From Fibrobacteria bacterium (GTDB lineage: Bacteria; Fibrobacterota; Chitinivibrionia; Chitinivibrionales; FEN-1185): DNA of 64,000 nucleotides. Made by a program: the position numbers and the translations under genes. The stretch is taken from assembly GCA_037447435.1 (NCBI GenBank), contig JBBIGR010000006.1, positions 64,001-128,000 on the forward strand, given 5' to 3'. Below, one piece after another: positions 1 through 10,744 of the stretch (position 1 is the stretch's first letter; each line of letters starts with the position of its first letter). Under the pieces are notes generated by a model. It ran no database searches, was not told the DNA's origin, and worked only from the letters and a program-made list of their open reading frames with translations.

Positions 1-207
1 TTTTCTTCGAACATTTTGTCGGGCCGGTCGGGAAATTGTCGAATCAGAAATGGCGTGCGAATTTCAATAAATGCGCAGACCAGTCGTCTCACCCTGCCTG
101 GGCAACCTGGAACCCGGTCGCGGAATTGAATTTTCACCGGCCGCAGGATTTTGGGGAAATAGTTTTCGCGTAATCGCGTGATCTCGCAATCACGTAACCG
201 AGGGTCG

Positions 208-1788
208 TTATTCTTCTTCGGTAAACTCAAACGGATAATTGACGGTCAGGTTGCCGAGGCTGTCGGAAACCGACTTGAACTTCCAGTTTTTAATTTGTTT
301 GATGATTTCATCTTCGAATACCTTGTCGCCCATCGAGGACCGCACGATGGACGCGTTGTCGATTCCGCCGTCCGGCCGAATGGATATTTCCATGACCATT
401 TTTCCGGATAACTTGACGCCCTGGCGAAGACGGCGATTGTAAATGTAGCGCAATTGCGACGAGTAATCGTCGATTACCGATTTCAGTTCGGTCGGCCGCC
501 GAAACGGGTTTTCTTCGAGCGCTTTGCGGCGTTCAAGTTCCTTCATATCGCTTGCCGACAAGGTGCCCTGGGAAATAAGTTCGTTTCGAAGTTTTTCTAT
601 GTCCTGGCGTTTCTTTTCCTCTTTTTCTCCGGTCAAGTCGAGACTGCCGATTTTATTGATCATGTTCATGAGGCTGTCGTCTACCGGGGTCCGTGTTTTT
701 CCGTTGTTTTTTTTCTGATCGGCCATCAGCTCTTTGCGAAGCGAGCTTTCGGAAACGAGGGTCGCGTATTGTTCGACTTTATTGACAAATCCCTGATCCT
801 GATACACCGACAATTGACGCCTCGCTTCGTCGGCGACCTGCTTTTTCTGCTCGTAAAATTCTCCCATCATAAGCATGCGACGGTTTGCCTGTTTTGCCCA
901 TATCCTCGATTTGTCGTCCCTGATGACCTTTTGATACGTCATCATCGCTTCTTCGCTTTCGCCGAGTTCCTCATGGGAACGGCCTTTAAAATAGCTCGCT
1001 TTCCACGCCAGCGAGTCGACCGGTTTCTCCTGGAGAAATATGGACAGGTATTTAATTGCGTTTCTATAATCCATGAGCAGGTAGAATTGATGGGCCTTAT
1101 CGAAATACGACATTTTTTCCTGTTCGAGTCCCGAGCGCTGCTTTTCCATGGCCGCGATAAAATCGAGCAGCCGCCACGCTAAAATGCCCGCTTCGGTATT
1201 CGGGTATAGCGCAATGACCCGTTCGTACATCAGTTTGGCAATTTCATATTCGCTGAGCATCGAATGGCAAAAAGCCTTATGCAGCAATACGGCGGCCTTG
1301 ATTTCGGGCCTCACATTCGATTGCAGGATGACCTGATCGTAAATTTTGATCGCTTCGGAATATTTTCTGTTGCGTTCCCAGAAATAGCCTATTTCCAGCA
1401 CATTGAGGATTTTGTCCTCTTCCTTCAAATTGATGATTTCTTTACCGAGTAAAATCCGTATCCCGTTGAGCACGGTGCGCACCGGGACGCGGGCGATCGT
1501 TTTCCTCCACGTCACGGGTTTTTCCGCCGTTTTTTCATCGGAAGTCAATGCCTGGACCTTTGCCTCCAATTCGTAGTTCGAATTGCTTTCCTCGCCGAAC
1601 TGCATCCGGTTCTTGATAAGTTCATATTTACCGATAATACCGAGCGAATTGGACACATCCTGGCCCGATGCGATTTTGCCGAGCAAATAGCTCATTTCCT
1701 CGATGCGGATGTCGATGAGCCCGATGTTGAATAAAACCGTGAGGCCCAAAAGAAGGAGTACGAGGAATATCCTGAAATAGGTTTTCAT
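208..1788 (-). CDS. Membrane-anchored TPR protein with C-terminal TonB_C (AgmX/PglI-like) domain
   Basis: N-terminal hydrophobic helix; TPR-like helical repeats (YSEAIKIYDQVI, YEIAKLMYERVIALYP); C-terminal LRYIYNRRLR..GKMVMEISIRPDG..IKNWKF..VNYPFEF. Confidence 0.75.
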   Translation of the reverse strand: MKTYFRIFLVLLLLGLTVLFNIGLIDIRIEEMSYLLGKIASGQDVSNSLGIIGKYELIKNRMQFGEESNSNYELEAKVQALTSDEKTAEKPVTWRKTIARVPVRTVLNGIRILLGKEIINLKEEDKILNVLEIGYFWERNRKYSEAIKIYDQVILQSNVRPEIKAAVLLHKAFCHSMLSEYEIAKLMYERVIALYPNTEAGILAWRLLDFIAAMEKQRSGLEQEKMSYFDKAHQFYLLMDYRNAIKYLSIFLQEKPVDSLAWKASYFKGRSHEELGESEEAMMTYQKVIRDDKSRIWAKQANRRMLMMGEFYEQKKQVADEARRQLSVYQDQGFVNKVEQYATLVSESSLRKELMADQKKNNGKTRTPVDDSLMNMINKIGSLDLTGEKEEKKRQDIEKLRNELISQGTLSASDMKELERRKALEENPFRRPTELKSVIDDYSSQLRYIYNRRLRQGVKLSGKMVMEISIRPDGGIDNASIVRSSMGDKVFEDEIIKQIKNWKFKSVSDSLGNLTVNYPFEFTEEE

Positions 1789-1797
1789 AGGTCACAT

Positions 1798-3183
1798 TCA
1801 CTGCGGTAACGGCGGACGAGGCGCCGCGGGTTTTTGCTCCACGGACAATCCGGTCGTCGGGCTGAGCGGACCGGTACGACGATCGATGGCATAGCAAGAC
1901 CCGTCTATACTCTTCACATATTTTTTCACTTCGGCCGCCACCTGAATCATTTCGGCATGCCGGCGGAACGGTCTGGTCTTATTGGACACAACCGCGACCG
2001 AAACGCTCATTAAAGGAAACCGTTGCCGCTCGCCGCGACGGTTTATCGATTCGATAAATCCGTTTCGCGCATCGATACTGTTGTAAAACTGGTAAATCCC
2101 GCGGTCGAACAGCGTGATGAACGACTTTGCGATGTCTTCCCAATATTGATAATCGCAAATGATGACGAAATCGTCGCCGCCTTCATGGCCGACGAACACG
2201 TTCTTCACGTCTTTGCGTTTTGAGACCGACATGAGGCAATCGCGGGTATACAGGATGGCTTCATCGCCTTTTGTAAATCCATATTTGTCGTTATACGCCT
2301 TGAAATTGTCCAGATCGCAATAGAGCACGCAAATGACCCGGCCGCCGACGAGGCAATCGTCGATGTATTTGGCAATGGACAAATTGCCCGGGAGACCCGT
2401 GAGCGGATTGGCGCCGCGCGCTTCGTCGCGCATGCGCTGCAACGCGACGCTCATTTCGTTGAACGAGGAAGCCAGGCGTCCGATTTCGTCGTCGCGCACG
2501 ATAGGAACGCGTATGTCCAGTTTTCCTTGCGCTATGAGATGCGTCGCTTCGTTTAATTTACGCAACGGGAACAATATCATTTTCGAGAACAGCATCGCAA
2601 AACCGATGTGTATGGCAATGATGAGAAGGCTGATGACGATGCATTGGCGATACAGATAATTCATTTGCTTGTCGATGTCGATCATGAACAGGGTTATTGC
2701 GGCCACGCCGATTTTGTCGCCCTCGTACGAATACGGGATGTACAAATAGATTTTTTTGGTTTTTCGGTCCACGATATGGTAAAAAAGCTTGTCCTCGAAC
2801 CCTTTTTTCGTGATTGCCATATTGATGTTTTTCATATCGTCGACCGTGGCCTCGGTCCTTTGCACCTGCTCATTGTCCTTGATATCGACAAATACCGTGC
2901 CCGATTCGCTGAACAAGGTCATGTCCTTGATCCCGAGTTGCCCCGCTTCCCTGAGGATTTTATTGATATTGACGACATTCATACCGCCGCCGGCGGCTTC
3001 GATATTGTCGAGCCGGTATTTGAAATTCGATGCCTTTAATTGGCTGTTGAGTATGGCGTTTTCGGCAATGAGGTCGAGTTGGTTTTCGAAAACCATGAGA
3101 ACGAATATCGAGACGTTCAGAATGGTCACGAATATGTATATGACCGCCGTCTTCAGGATAATGGATTTTGTATTTATCCTCAT
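1798..3183 (-). CDS. Membrane diguanylate cyclase (2 TM, periplasmic loop, HAMP, GGDEF)
   Basis: Start moved to MRINTKS (ATG at 3183); HAMP PLRKL..DEIGRLASSFNEM; NPLTGLPGN, DLDNFKAYNDKYGF, GHEGGDDF. Confidence 0.85.
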   Translation of the reverse strand: MRINTKSIILKTAVIYIFVTILNVSIFVLMVFENQLDLIAENAILNSQLKASNFKYRLDNIEAAGGGMNVVNINKILREAGQLGIKDMTLFSESGTVFVDIKDNEQVQRTEATVDDMKNINMAITKKGFEDKLFYHIVDRKTKKIYLYIPYSYEGDKIGVAAITLFMIDIDKQMNYLYRQCIVISLLIIAIHIGFAMLFSKMILFPLRKLNEATHLIAQGKLDIRVPIVRDDEIGRLASSFNEMSVALQRMRDEARGANPLTGLPGNLSIAKYIDDCLVGGRVICVLYCDLDNFKAYNDKYGFTKGDEAILYTRDCLMSVSKRKDVKNVFVGHEGGDDFVIICDYQYWEDIAKSFITLFDRGIYQFYNSIDARNGFIESINRRGERQRFPLMSVSVAVVSNKTRPFRRHAEMIQVAAEVKKYVKSIDGSCYAIDRRTGPLSPTTGLSVEQKPAAPRPPLPQ

Positions 3184-3278
3184 TGAGCTTTTGCCTCTCA
3201 TTGTGCAAGGGCCATAACCGATGCCGGTGATTTGGAGGGTAATGGCCGTAAAACAGCAACGTATGACGAAACGGTTTC

Positions 3279-4631
3279 TTATTCTTTCGCCATGCCGTAT
3301 TCGTTCAGTTTGTTCCGGAGCGTCCGTATGGAAATACCGAGCAAATTCGCCGCCTTGGTCCTGTTCTCGTTGCAATGCGCAAGCGTCTGAATGATCAATT
3401 CCTTTTCGACCGACGCAATGGTCGCGCCCGGCTTCAAGGCGTCGCCATCGGCCCCGGGCCCTGCTTTGTAAAGCGACATTTTAAACATTTCCGGTTTAAT
3501 AAGCCCGTTTCTGGTCAAAACGACCGCCCGTTCGACCGCGTTTTCCAATTCCCGAATGTTACCGGGCCAATCATATTCGTTGAGAATCTCCATGCATCCT
3601 TTTCCAAGGCCCTCTATGGCCAGCCCGTTTTCCCTGTTAAAGCGTTCGGTGAAATGGTCGACAAGCTGCCCGATGTCTTCTTTTCTTTCGCGAAGCGGCG
3701 GCAAATGAATGCGTATGACGTTAAGCCGGTAAAAAAGGTCTTCCCTGAATTTCCCGTCTTTCACTTCTTTGTCAAGGTCGCGATTCGTTGTCGCGACAAG
3801 GCGGATGTCCACTTCGATGGGATCGTCGCCGCCGACCTTGTTGATTTCACGTTCCTGCAATACCCGCAATAATTTCGCCTGCATCGACACCTGCATTTCG
3901 CCGATTTCGTCGAGCAACAGCGTGCCGCCGGAGGCGAGTTCGAATTTGCCGAGCCTTCTGTTGAGCGCGCCGGTAAAGGCGCCTTTTTCGTGACCGAACA
4001 ATTCGGATTCGATGAGCCCCTCGGGCAAAGCGGCGCAATTGACTTTTACAAAAGGCTTGTTGTGGCGGGGACTTTGATAATGTATCGCCCGCGCGATCAT
4101 TTCCTTGCCCGTTCCGCTTTCACCGGTGACAAGCACGGTCGAACGGCTGTCGGCAACGGTTTTTACCAAAGACCGTATGTCTTCGATCGATTGTGCCTTT
4201 CCCACGTAGTCCCATTGCTTCGTGATAACCGATTTCAGGGTTTTATTTTCCCGTAATAATTGCCGGTATTGCAACAGCTGCTCTACTTTCAAATCGAGAC
4301 GGGTGGACAGGTCCTGGGTCTTTTCCAGAAAATCGCTGGCGCCTTTTTTGACCGCGTCGACGGCGATGTCTATTGTCCCGAATGCGGTCATGATCAAAAA
4401 GGGAGTGTCGACGTCCATTTTCCTGATTTTTTCGAGCAATTCTATGCCGTTCATACCCGGCATCTTGAAATCGGAAATAATAAGATCGAAAATCGACGTG
4501 GCCAGGATGGAAAGCGCCGAGCCGCCGTCGCCCATCGCGACGATATCGTGTCCCCTGCGTTTCAATGTCTCGCTGATCGATTCCCTCATGTAATCGTCGT
4601 CGTCGACGATAAGGATTTTACGTTTGTCCAT
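3279..4631 (-). CDS. Sigma54-dependent response regulator (REC-AAA+-Fis HTH; FlgR/AtoC-like)
   Basis: ILIVDDD receiver, [25 protein letters not shown]-terminal HTH. Confidence 0.92.
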   Translation of the reverse strand: MDKRKILIVDDDDYMRESISETLKRRGHDIVAMGDGGSALSILATSIFDLIISDFKMPGMNGIELLEKIRKMDVDTPFLIMTAFGTIDIAVDAVKKGASDFLEKTQDLSTRLDLKVEQLLQYRQLLRENKTLKSVITKQWDYVGKAQSIEDIRSLVKTVADSRSTVLVTGESGTGKEMIARAIHYQSPRHNKPFVKVNCAALPEGLIESELFGHEKGAFTGALNRRLGKFELASGGTLLLDEIGEMQVSMQAKLLRVLQEREINKVGGDDPIEVDIRLVATTNRDLDKEVKDGKFREDLFYRLNVIRIHLPPLRERKEDIGQLVDHFTERFNRENGLAIEGLGKGCMEILNEYDWPGNIRELENAVERAVVLTRNGLIKPEMFKMSLYKAGPGADGDALKPGATIASVEKELIIQTLAHCNENRTKAANLLGISIRTLRNKLNEYGMAKE

Positions 4632-4679
4632 ACAGCGTGTTGTTCCGTCTATTTTTGTTGTCCCGGCGCCGGATGCTCT

Positions 4680-5951
4680 TTACGCATTCTTCGCTGTGGG
4701 TAGAAATACTTTCATCGTCGTGCCCTTGCCTTCGACGCTGAACACGTCGATATAACCGGCATGCGATTCGACTATTTTTTTGACTATTGCAAGTCCCAAT
4801 CCGGTACCGTTGGCTTTTGTCGTAAAAAACGGATCGAAGATCTTGCCCAAATGTTCCGCCGGTATGCCGCCGCCGGTATCGATAAGCGAAAACGAGACAA
4901 GCCCGGGTTTTTCCTGGTCCGACGAATCCTTGTCGATACGGACGGTAAGCGTCCCGCCCGAAGGCATTGCCTGTACCGCGTTGAGCGACAAATTCATGAC
5001 GACCTGTTGCAGCTTTTCGGGGTCTACCAACACATAAACGCTTTCATTGCCCCATTGTTTGACAATAGACACTTTCTGGTCTTGCCTGTCGATTTCTATC
5101 CCGACGAAATCGATTGTTTCGGACAATAAGTGCTCCAGCGCGACTTTGCGCGGCTGCGGCTTTACAGGCCGGGAATATACCAGAAGGTTGGACATGATCC
5201 GGTTGAGCCTGCCGAGGCCTTCGACGATTTTATTGACCAGTTTCCTGCTGGGATTTTCCTGCGGGATTTCGCGTTCCAGCAAATCGGCCCACATGCCCAT
5301 GGCGCCGAGCGGATTGCGGATTTCATGCGCGACGGTCGCGGCCATTTCGCCCAATGCCGCCATCGTCTTTGCCTGGCGCATTTCCTGTTCCATTGCCTTT
5401 ATTGCCGATACATCGCTGATGATTTCGACCGCGCCCAAAGACGATCCGGCGGGGTCTTGCAACAACGCCGTTTGAAACGATACCGGGACCGGGTGTCCGT
5501 TTTTATGCCAAATGGTTTTTTCGTCGCGCGCCATAACTTTACGGGTACGAACCGCGTGCAGCAAGGTGGATTCTTCGTCCACGCCTTTATGGAAAAAATC
5601 GGCATATTTTTTGTTAAGCACTTCTTCCTGGGAATACCCGGTAATTTCGGACGCGGCTTTGTTGAAATGCGTGATCCGCTCCATGATGTCGACGCCGATG
5701 ACGCCGTTGTTCATGCTTTCCAGAATGCTGCTCAGGTATACCTGCATTTCTTCCTGTTTTTTAAGGCTTTGGGCCAGCTGCTCGTTTTTATTGTCGAGCT
5801 CGATGTTGACTTTTTTGAAATCTTCCTGCATACGACGGTATGCGTCGCTGAGGGTTTCCGCTTTGGCCTGGAAATCCTGAAATGCGGATGCGAGCGCGTC
5901 GAACACCTCTTGCGGGATGCTTTGTTGTTCTTTGGTTTGCATTGCAATCAC
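4680..5951 (-). CDS. Soluble PAS sensor histidine kinase (FlgS/AtoS-like)
   Basis: N-terminal coiled coil, [13 protein letters not shown]-box, NAVQAM, DTGGG, GTGLGL; no TM helix. Confidence 0.9.
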   Translation of the reverse strand: MIAMQTKEQQSIPQEVFDALASAFQDFQAKAETLSDAYRRMQEDFKKVNIELDNKNEQLAQSLKKQEEMQVYLSSILESMNNGVIGVDIMERITHFNKAASEITGYSQEEVLNKKYADFFHKGVDEESTLLHAVRTRKVMARDEKTIWHKNGHPVPVSFQTALLQDPAGSSLGAVEIISDVSAIKAMEQEMRQAKTMAALGEMAATVAHEIRNPLGAMGMWADLLEREIPQENPSRKLVNKIVEGLGRLNRIMSNLLVYSRPVKPQPRKVALEHLLSETIDFVGIEIDRQDQKVSIVKQWGNESVYVLVDPEKLQQVVMNLSLNAVQAMPSGGTLTVRIDKDSSDQEKPGLVSFSLIDTGGGIPAEHLGKIFDPFFTTKANGTGLGLAIVKKIVESHAGYIDVFSVEGKGTTMKVFLPTAKNA

Positions 5952-6325
5952 GAAACCGCCGCCCCTTTCTTGACAACATGCTCAAGATATTTCTTTAATT
6001 GTTCCTCGGCTTCCAAAAACTCGCCGATGGCGCTTTGCGTCGCCTGAAGCACCGAATCGAGCTCCTTGGACTGAGCGGATTGGGCGATGCCGTTCTTGCG
6101 CACCTGCCACAGCTTCACGCATTCTTCGGAAGCGGTCCGTTCCTTGACAATATCGTCGAGTATAAGCTGTTTCTTTTCAAAGCTCGTTTTCAGCCCGCTC
6201 ACATCGCCTCTTGTCAACACAACCTGCGACAGGGTTTTCTGTACGATCGCCGTGAGGTTTTTATACAAAACAAGCTGACGCCGATACGATGCCAATAACG
6301 ATGAAATCAATGTTTTATCATCCAT
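5948..6325 (-). CDS. Small helical protein, possibly a FlgN/FliT-like flagellar chaperone
   Basis: 125 aa, helical-looking (RQLVLYKNL..KKQLILDDI); overlaps the kinase start by 4 bp; family call is tentative. Confidence 0.45.
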   Translation of the reverse strand: MDDKTLISSLLASYRRQLVLYKNLTAIVQKTLSQVVLTRGDVSGLKTSFEKKQLILDDIVKERTASEECVKLWQVRKNGIAQSAQSKELDSVLQATQSAIGEFLEAEEQLKKYLEHVVKKGAAVS

Positions 6326-6608
6326 GAATGGTGGCCGACTTTGAAAAAGTTTTTGTATTCGATCGCTACCGAATAATTATTGTACCACTTCGTGCATTCG
6401 GGCGTCCACAAAGAATTTAAGAGTTTAATTGCCCCGTCGTGTCGCCGTTTATCATATTCATTCCATCATCTCGCTTGGCTATGCCGCTTATTCTTCAATG
6501 GCATAAGCCCGAATAATCACTACTATAAATTTAAGGAAGGAGGTTACGGCAAACTCCCGTGAGGTGAAACCCTGGCCCAGGCGGAAACCGATAAGGACAA
6601 ATTGCAAA

Positions 6609-7223
6609 ATGACTTTATATAAAAACAAATACCGTATCGAATCCGCCAGATTGCTCGGTTGGGATTATTCATCACCCGGATATTATTTCATTACGGTATG
6701 TACCCATAACCGTGAAAATCTGTTCGGCCATATTGACAATGGAACAATGTGTCTGAACGAATACGGCACAATCGTTCAAAATGAATGGGATAAATCGTTT
6801 GTTATCCGCCAAGAATTATTGCCCGATGAATTTGTGGTGATGCCGAATCATTTTCACGGAATTGTGCGCATGGTTGAAACCAGGGACAAAATCGGTGTCA
6901 ATACCGCAATTGTAGAGACGTCCGGCCGGACGTCTCTACGGGAAACAAAACCGCAACCGACGGACCGTCAACCGGAAGAATTCCCGCGAATACACCCGAA
7001 ATCGTTATCATCATTTATGGCCGGGTTCAAATCCGTTGTTACCAAACGGATAAATGAACTCCGCAATACCCCCGGCGTTCCCATGTTACAATACAGATTT
7101 CACGACCACATAATCCGGGATGCGAATGAATTATTCCATATCCGTCAATATATTAAAGACAATCCGCGAAATTGGGAAAGCGATAAATTGAACGGCAGCA
7201 CCGGCAATCGCGTAAATAGTTAG
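6609..7223 (+). mobile_element. REP-associated tyrosine transposase (RAYT, Y1/HUH, IS200-like)
   Basis: RIESARLLGWDYSSPGYYFITVCT, VVMPNHFHGI (HUH), FHDHIIRD, YIKDNPRNW; ATG at 6609. Confidence 0.88.
6912..6939. repeat. Perfect 28-bp GTAG-type REP palindrome inside the RAYT gene
   Basis: GTAGAGACGTCCGG|CCGGACGTCTCTAC is exactly self-complementary. Confidence 0.9.
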
Positions 7224-7242
7224 CCGCATACGACAATCAATT

Positions 7243-9273
7243 TCATTCGAGAACGCCGTTGTATTCGTTCTCCCAGACAGCGTCTTCCATTTTCCATTTG
7301 GCCTGTTTTGACCAGTAGTCGTCGGGATAGGTTTTTTCGAGGTTTTTATACGCATCAATTGATTTTTGATACTCTTTGGTGTTTTTGTAAATGTTGCCGA
7401 TTTGGAAAAGGCCCCAGGGCGTTTCCTGATAGGTCGGGTATTTCCGCGTGACTTTCTGGTACAATTCGAGCGCCTGCGGAAATTCCTTTTGCTGGTATTT
7501 TTTATCGGCAATGCGGTAATACGCGTCGGGAACCCTGATGACCGTATTCGTTTTTTCACCATTGTCTATGATTTTTTTATAGGTTTCCAGGGAGCGGGAC
7601 ACATTTGACGCGTCGTTGTACGAACCCGCCAGTTTGAACAGGGCATATTGCTTGTCGGCAGGTTTTACCGCATTGGCGGACGCCTGCAAATACGCGTCGA
7701 TCGCTTTTCCCGGCTCGTGAAGGTCCGAATAGATATCGCCGAGTTTTTCGAATGCTTTGCTCGCCCACGGATGAGAGCGGTGTTTTTGAATGAATTCGCG
7801 GAACAGTTTTTCGGCCTGCGACGTCTCGCGCCGTTCGAAATAGCAATAGGCTTTGAAAAACATGCTTTGCGGGGCCAGCGTATGCATGGGGAAACGCTCC
7901 AACAGCTGGCTGAATTGATTCTCGGCATTTGTAAATATTCGCAGTTTCATGTAACAGATGCCGATGTCGTACAGGCACGGCGCAGCGACTTTGACCGCCG
8001 GATACGAGACGGAAACCTTTTTGAATTCCTTGATCGCGTTATCGTAATGCGCGGCCATGAATTCCTTGACACCCGCAAGCATCGCATGCCCGGCGTCGGT
8101 CAAGGTATCGGCAACGGCCATGGTCAGAAGCGAATCGATGCGCATTTCAACGGTGACCGACACCGATTCCGCGGCAACGGCCTCGAGTTGCGATTGGGGC
8201 TTTTCGACCGGTTTTTCGTCTTCACCGGGCTCTTTTGCTCCCGCGGGCAACGGCGTCTTATCGCCGACCACGGCTTTATAATGTTCCAACAGCGTCACCG
8301 CTTCCCGTTTCATGTCCCCCTCTGAGGCGGTTTCCAAATACTCGTTTAAGTTGGCGATGCCTTCCTTATAATTTTTTTCGGTCCCGAGGATTTTACCCAG
8401 ATAGAAATGCGCCGGGCCCGCGCCTTCGGGATAAGAAAAGGCCTTTGTGAAGTTTACCTTTGCAAGATCGGTTTGGCCCAGTTTATACCGTACAAGCCCG
8501 CCGTAATAGTACGCGGCCGAATATCCTCTGTCGAGCGTGACCGCTTTTTTAAGGAACGGCAGCGCCTCGTTGTACTTGCCCTGGTTGTACAGGGCCACGG
8601 CCTGCTGGAAACATTCTTCGGCCGACGAATTTGCCAGCGTCGGCGTTTTGGGCATTTCCTTGGACGGCGAAGAGGCCTTTGTTGCCTGTGCGGATTTCTT
8701 GGGCTGCGGCGCAGCTTTTTCCTTTTGGGCGGTTTTTAACGTTGTATCCTTTGATACGGTGTCTTTGGGTGCGGGAGCCGCTGCCGCAGGTTCTTCGACC
8801 GCAGGTTCGGGTTCGCCCTTGACTTTTCGGACGAGTTTATTGATCCGGGTTTGGATGCTGTCGAGCTCGGCAGGATCGCAGGACTGCTGGTAATGTTGAT
8901 ATTCGATAATAGAATTCTGGTATTGTTTGTCCTGCTCGTATGCCTCTGCAAGCATTTTTTCGGCCTTGCCCCAACCCGGATTATACGAAAGGGCCTTTTT
9001 GAGGTTGAAAATGACGAGACGGGGCTGGTTCTGCAATTTCCGTATTTCCGCGACTTGCATATACGCATTGTAATTGTCGGGATAGGCGGTGAGTAATTTC
9101 CGGAACTCGTCCAAAGCCTGATCGTATTTGTTTTCGCTTTTGTATTTTACGCCCAAATGATAATGGATGTAGTCGTCGGTTTCTTCCGCAAAGCAAGGAC
9201 AAACGCATGACGCCGCGACCGCCGCAACGATATACAAAGCGAATAACATGTTGGCTTTAGGACCAATTCCCAT
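7243..9273 (-). CDS. Exported TPR-repeat protein
   Basis: Signal-peptide-like N-terminus; many TPR repeats separated by Pro/Ala/Lys-rich linkers. Confidence 0.85.
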   Translation of the reverse strand: MGIGPKANMLFALYIVAAVAASCVCPCFAEETDDYIHYHLGVKYKSENKYDQALDEFRKLLTAYPDNYNAYMQVAEIRKLQNQPRLVIFNLKKALSYNPGWGKAEKMLAEAYEQDKQYQNSIIEYQHYQQSCDPAELDSIQTRINKLVRKVKGEPEPAVEEPAAAAPAPKDTVSKDTTLKTAQKEKAAPQPKKSAQATKASSPSKEMPKTPTLANSSAEECFQQAVALYNQGKYNEALPFLKKAVTLDRGYSAAYYYGGLVRYKLGQTDLAKVNFTKAFSYPEGAGPAHFYLGKILGTEKNYKEGIANLNEYLETASEGDMKREAVTLLEHYKAVVGDKTPLPAGAKEPGEDEKPVEKPQSQLEAVAAESVSVTVEMRIDSLLTMAVADTLTDAGHAMLAGVKEFMAAHYDNAIKEFKKVSVSYPAVKVAAPCLYDIGICYMKLRIFTNAENQFSQLLERFPMHTLAPQSMFFKAYCYFERRETSQAEKLFREFIQKHRSHPWASKAFEKLGDIYSDLHEPGKAIDAYLQASANAVKPADKQYALFKLAGSYNDASNVSRSLETYKKIIDNGEKTNTVIRVPDAYYRIADKKYQQKEFPQALELYQKVTRKYPTYQETPWGLFQIGNIYKNTKEYQKSIDAYKNLEKTYPDDYWSKQAKWKMEDAVWENEYNGVLE

Positions 9274-9379
9274 ATGTTCAACTCCAAAAATGTAAAAAAC
9301 GAACGATTATCGTGAGATTTAAATCAATATAATAATTATATAGTCTTGGCATCCCCAAGTAAAGTATCATCGAGCGCTT

Positions 9380-10744
9380 TTATGCCCGTGAAACCGTTAT
9401 GGCGTTTTGTGTTAGGGAAACAACGGATCCGACCACCGTTTCCTTTATGATTTTTTCCAATGCCCCCGCTTTGATTACCGTGTTGGGATAAATCGATTGG
9501 GCGCGCATTTCCGGAATGGTAAGCGTTTTCAATTTTTCGTCCAATCGTTCCAACGTACCCTGCAACATCGCGACTTTCTCGAAACTTTCGATTCCTTTTT
9601 GCTTCAACGATTCCAATCGAGCCACCGATCCCGGCCCCAGCTCGCCGTTTTGGTCCATTTCTTCTTTTACCAAGGTATACATGGATGTTTTCACATTGCC
9701 GGTTTCGGCGGTCGTTGCGGCGAGGTCTTTAAGCAAATCGTATTTTTGCTTCAAAAGCACGCTCATTCCTCCCAAATCAACTATCGTCCGCGGTTCGGCA
9801 GGGGTTCCGACAGCTTCGACATCGATGGATTTTCCCGCTGAAACGGTACCGCCGACAACGGACTTCGCCCTCACGGCATCTTCGGCCCATACCGTGCAAT
9901 GCAAAAGGTCTTCGGCAACGGTAAGACACATCGTTGAAATGGAGAAATTCTGGCAATGTTTCATGGTTACCGTACCTTCGCATTCGATACGGCCGTGTCC
10001 CGAACCCGCTGCCCCGCCCGACACGACGAGGTCTCCGCCGCATTTTACAAATGCGTCTTCCAGGTTGCCGGCAATGGTCACGTTGCCTTCGGCTTCGACG
10101 CTAAATCCGCTGCGGACCGTGCCGTTGACAATTAAATTTCCCAAAAATTTGATGTTGCCGGTATTGTAATCGATATCTCCCGGGATTGTTTTTTCATCCA
10201 GCACCAGGGCTTTTCCATTCGGGAAAACCGCAACCGCGCCGTCGGTATCGGCAACCAGCACGTTTTGATCCTCTTCCAAAAAACGGGTTCCGGCGCCGGC
10301 AATGAGTTTGAGAATTTGCGGAGGATTGCAATGAATTGCTTTTCCGAGAACCGAGATCCCGTCGGAGCCGGGCACCGGCGGCGTCAGCCTCAGAATAGGC
10401 GTATTTTTCCGTACATTGACAATATAGCCGATGTCCCGGTGATCGACTTTGCCTCCCGATAAAGCCTTGGGCTTGCCGCGCGAAGAAACGTCGACGAGGA
10501 TTTCTATTTTGCCCGCAACCGGTTGCACCGGTGCGACGCCGGTCGCGATTTCCACCTTCAGATTGCAGGTTTTATTGTCTGCAACGGCACGTAGTTTCGA
10601 TTCATTCAGACCGATAACAATCCCGCGCTCGGCGCAAAACGATTGCAATTCGGTATAGGAAGGGAAGAACTCGAGCATATTTTCCGACAGGAAAATAAAC
10701 GCGCGCAGCCCGTCGGCGGAAACGGAAATATCGATATCGGTCAC
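9380..10744 (-). CDS. fapA: FapA (DUF342) family flagellar assembly protein
   Basis: VSADGLRAFI, GKVDHRD, GDIDYNTGNIKFLGNLIVNGTVRSGFSVEAEGNV beta-helix, C-terminal coiled coil, IYPNTVI. Confidence 0.85.
   Translation of the reverse strand: MTDIDISVSADGLRAFIFLSENMLEFFPSYTELQSFCAERGIVIGLNESKLRAVADNKTCNLKVEIATGVAPVQPVAGKIEILVDVSSRGKPKALSGGKVDHRDIGYIVNVRKNTPILRLTPPVPGSDGISVLGKAIHCNPPQILKLIAGAGTRFLEEDQNVLVADTDGAVAVFPNGKALVLDEKTIPGDIDYNTGNIKFLGNLIVNGTVRSGFSVEAEGNVTIAGNLEDAFVKCGGDLVVSGGAAGSGHGRIECEGTVTMKHCQNFSISTMCLTVAEDLLHCTVWAEDAVRAKSVVGGTVSAGKSIDVEAVGTPAEPRTIVDLGGMSVLLKQKYDLLKDLAATTAETGNVKTSMYTLVKEEMDQNGELGPGSVARLESLKQKGIESFEKVAMLQGTLERLDEKLKTLTIPEMRAQSIYPNTVIKAGALEKIIKETVVGSVVSLTQNAITVSRA

Noticed and set aside
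75..150. GCCTGGGCA resembling the 3' end of a ZTP riboswitch
   Set aside because: The partner GACTGG motif is on the opposite strand and no suitable downstream gene is visible.
6545..6600. GGCAAAC..GTGA resembling the start of a c-di-GMP-I riboswitch
   Set aside because: The GACGCAAAGC junction and P2 stem are missing and the pairing is poor.
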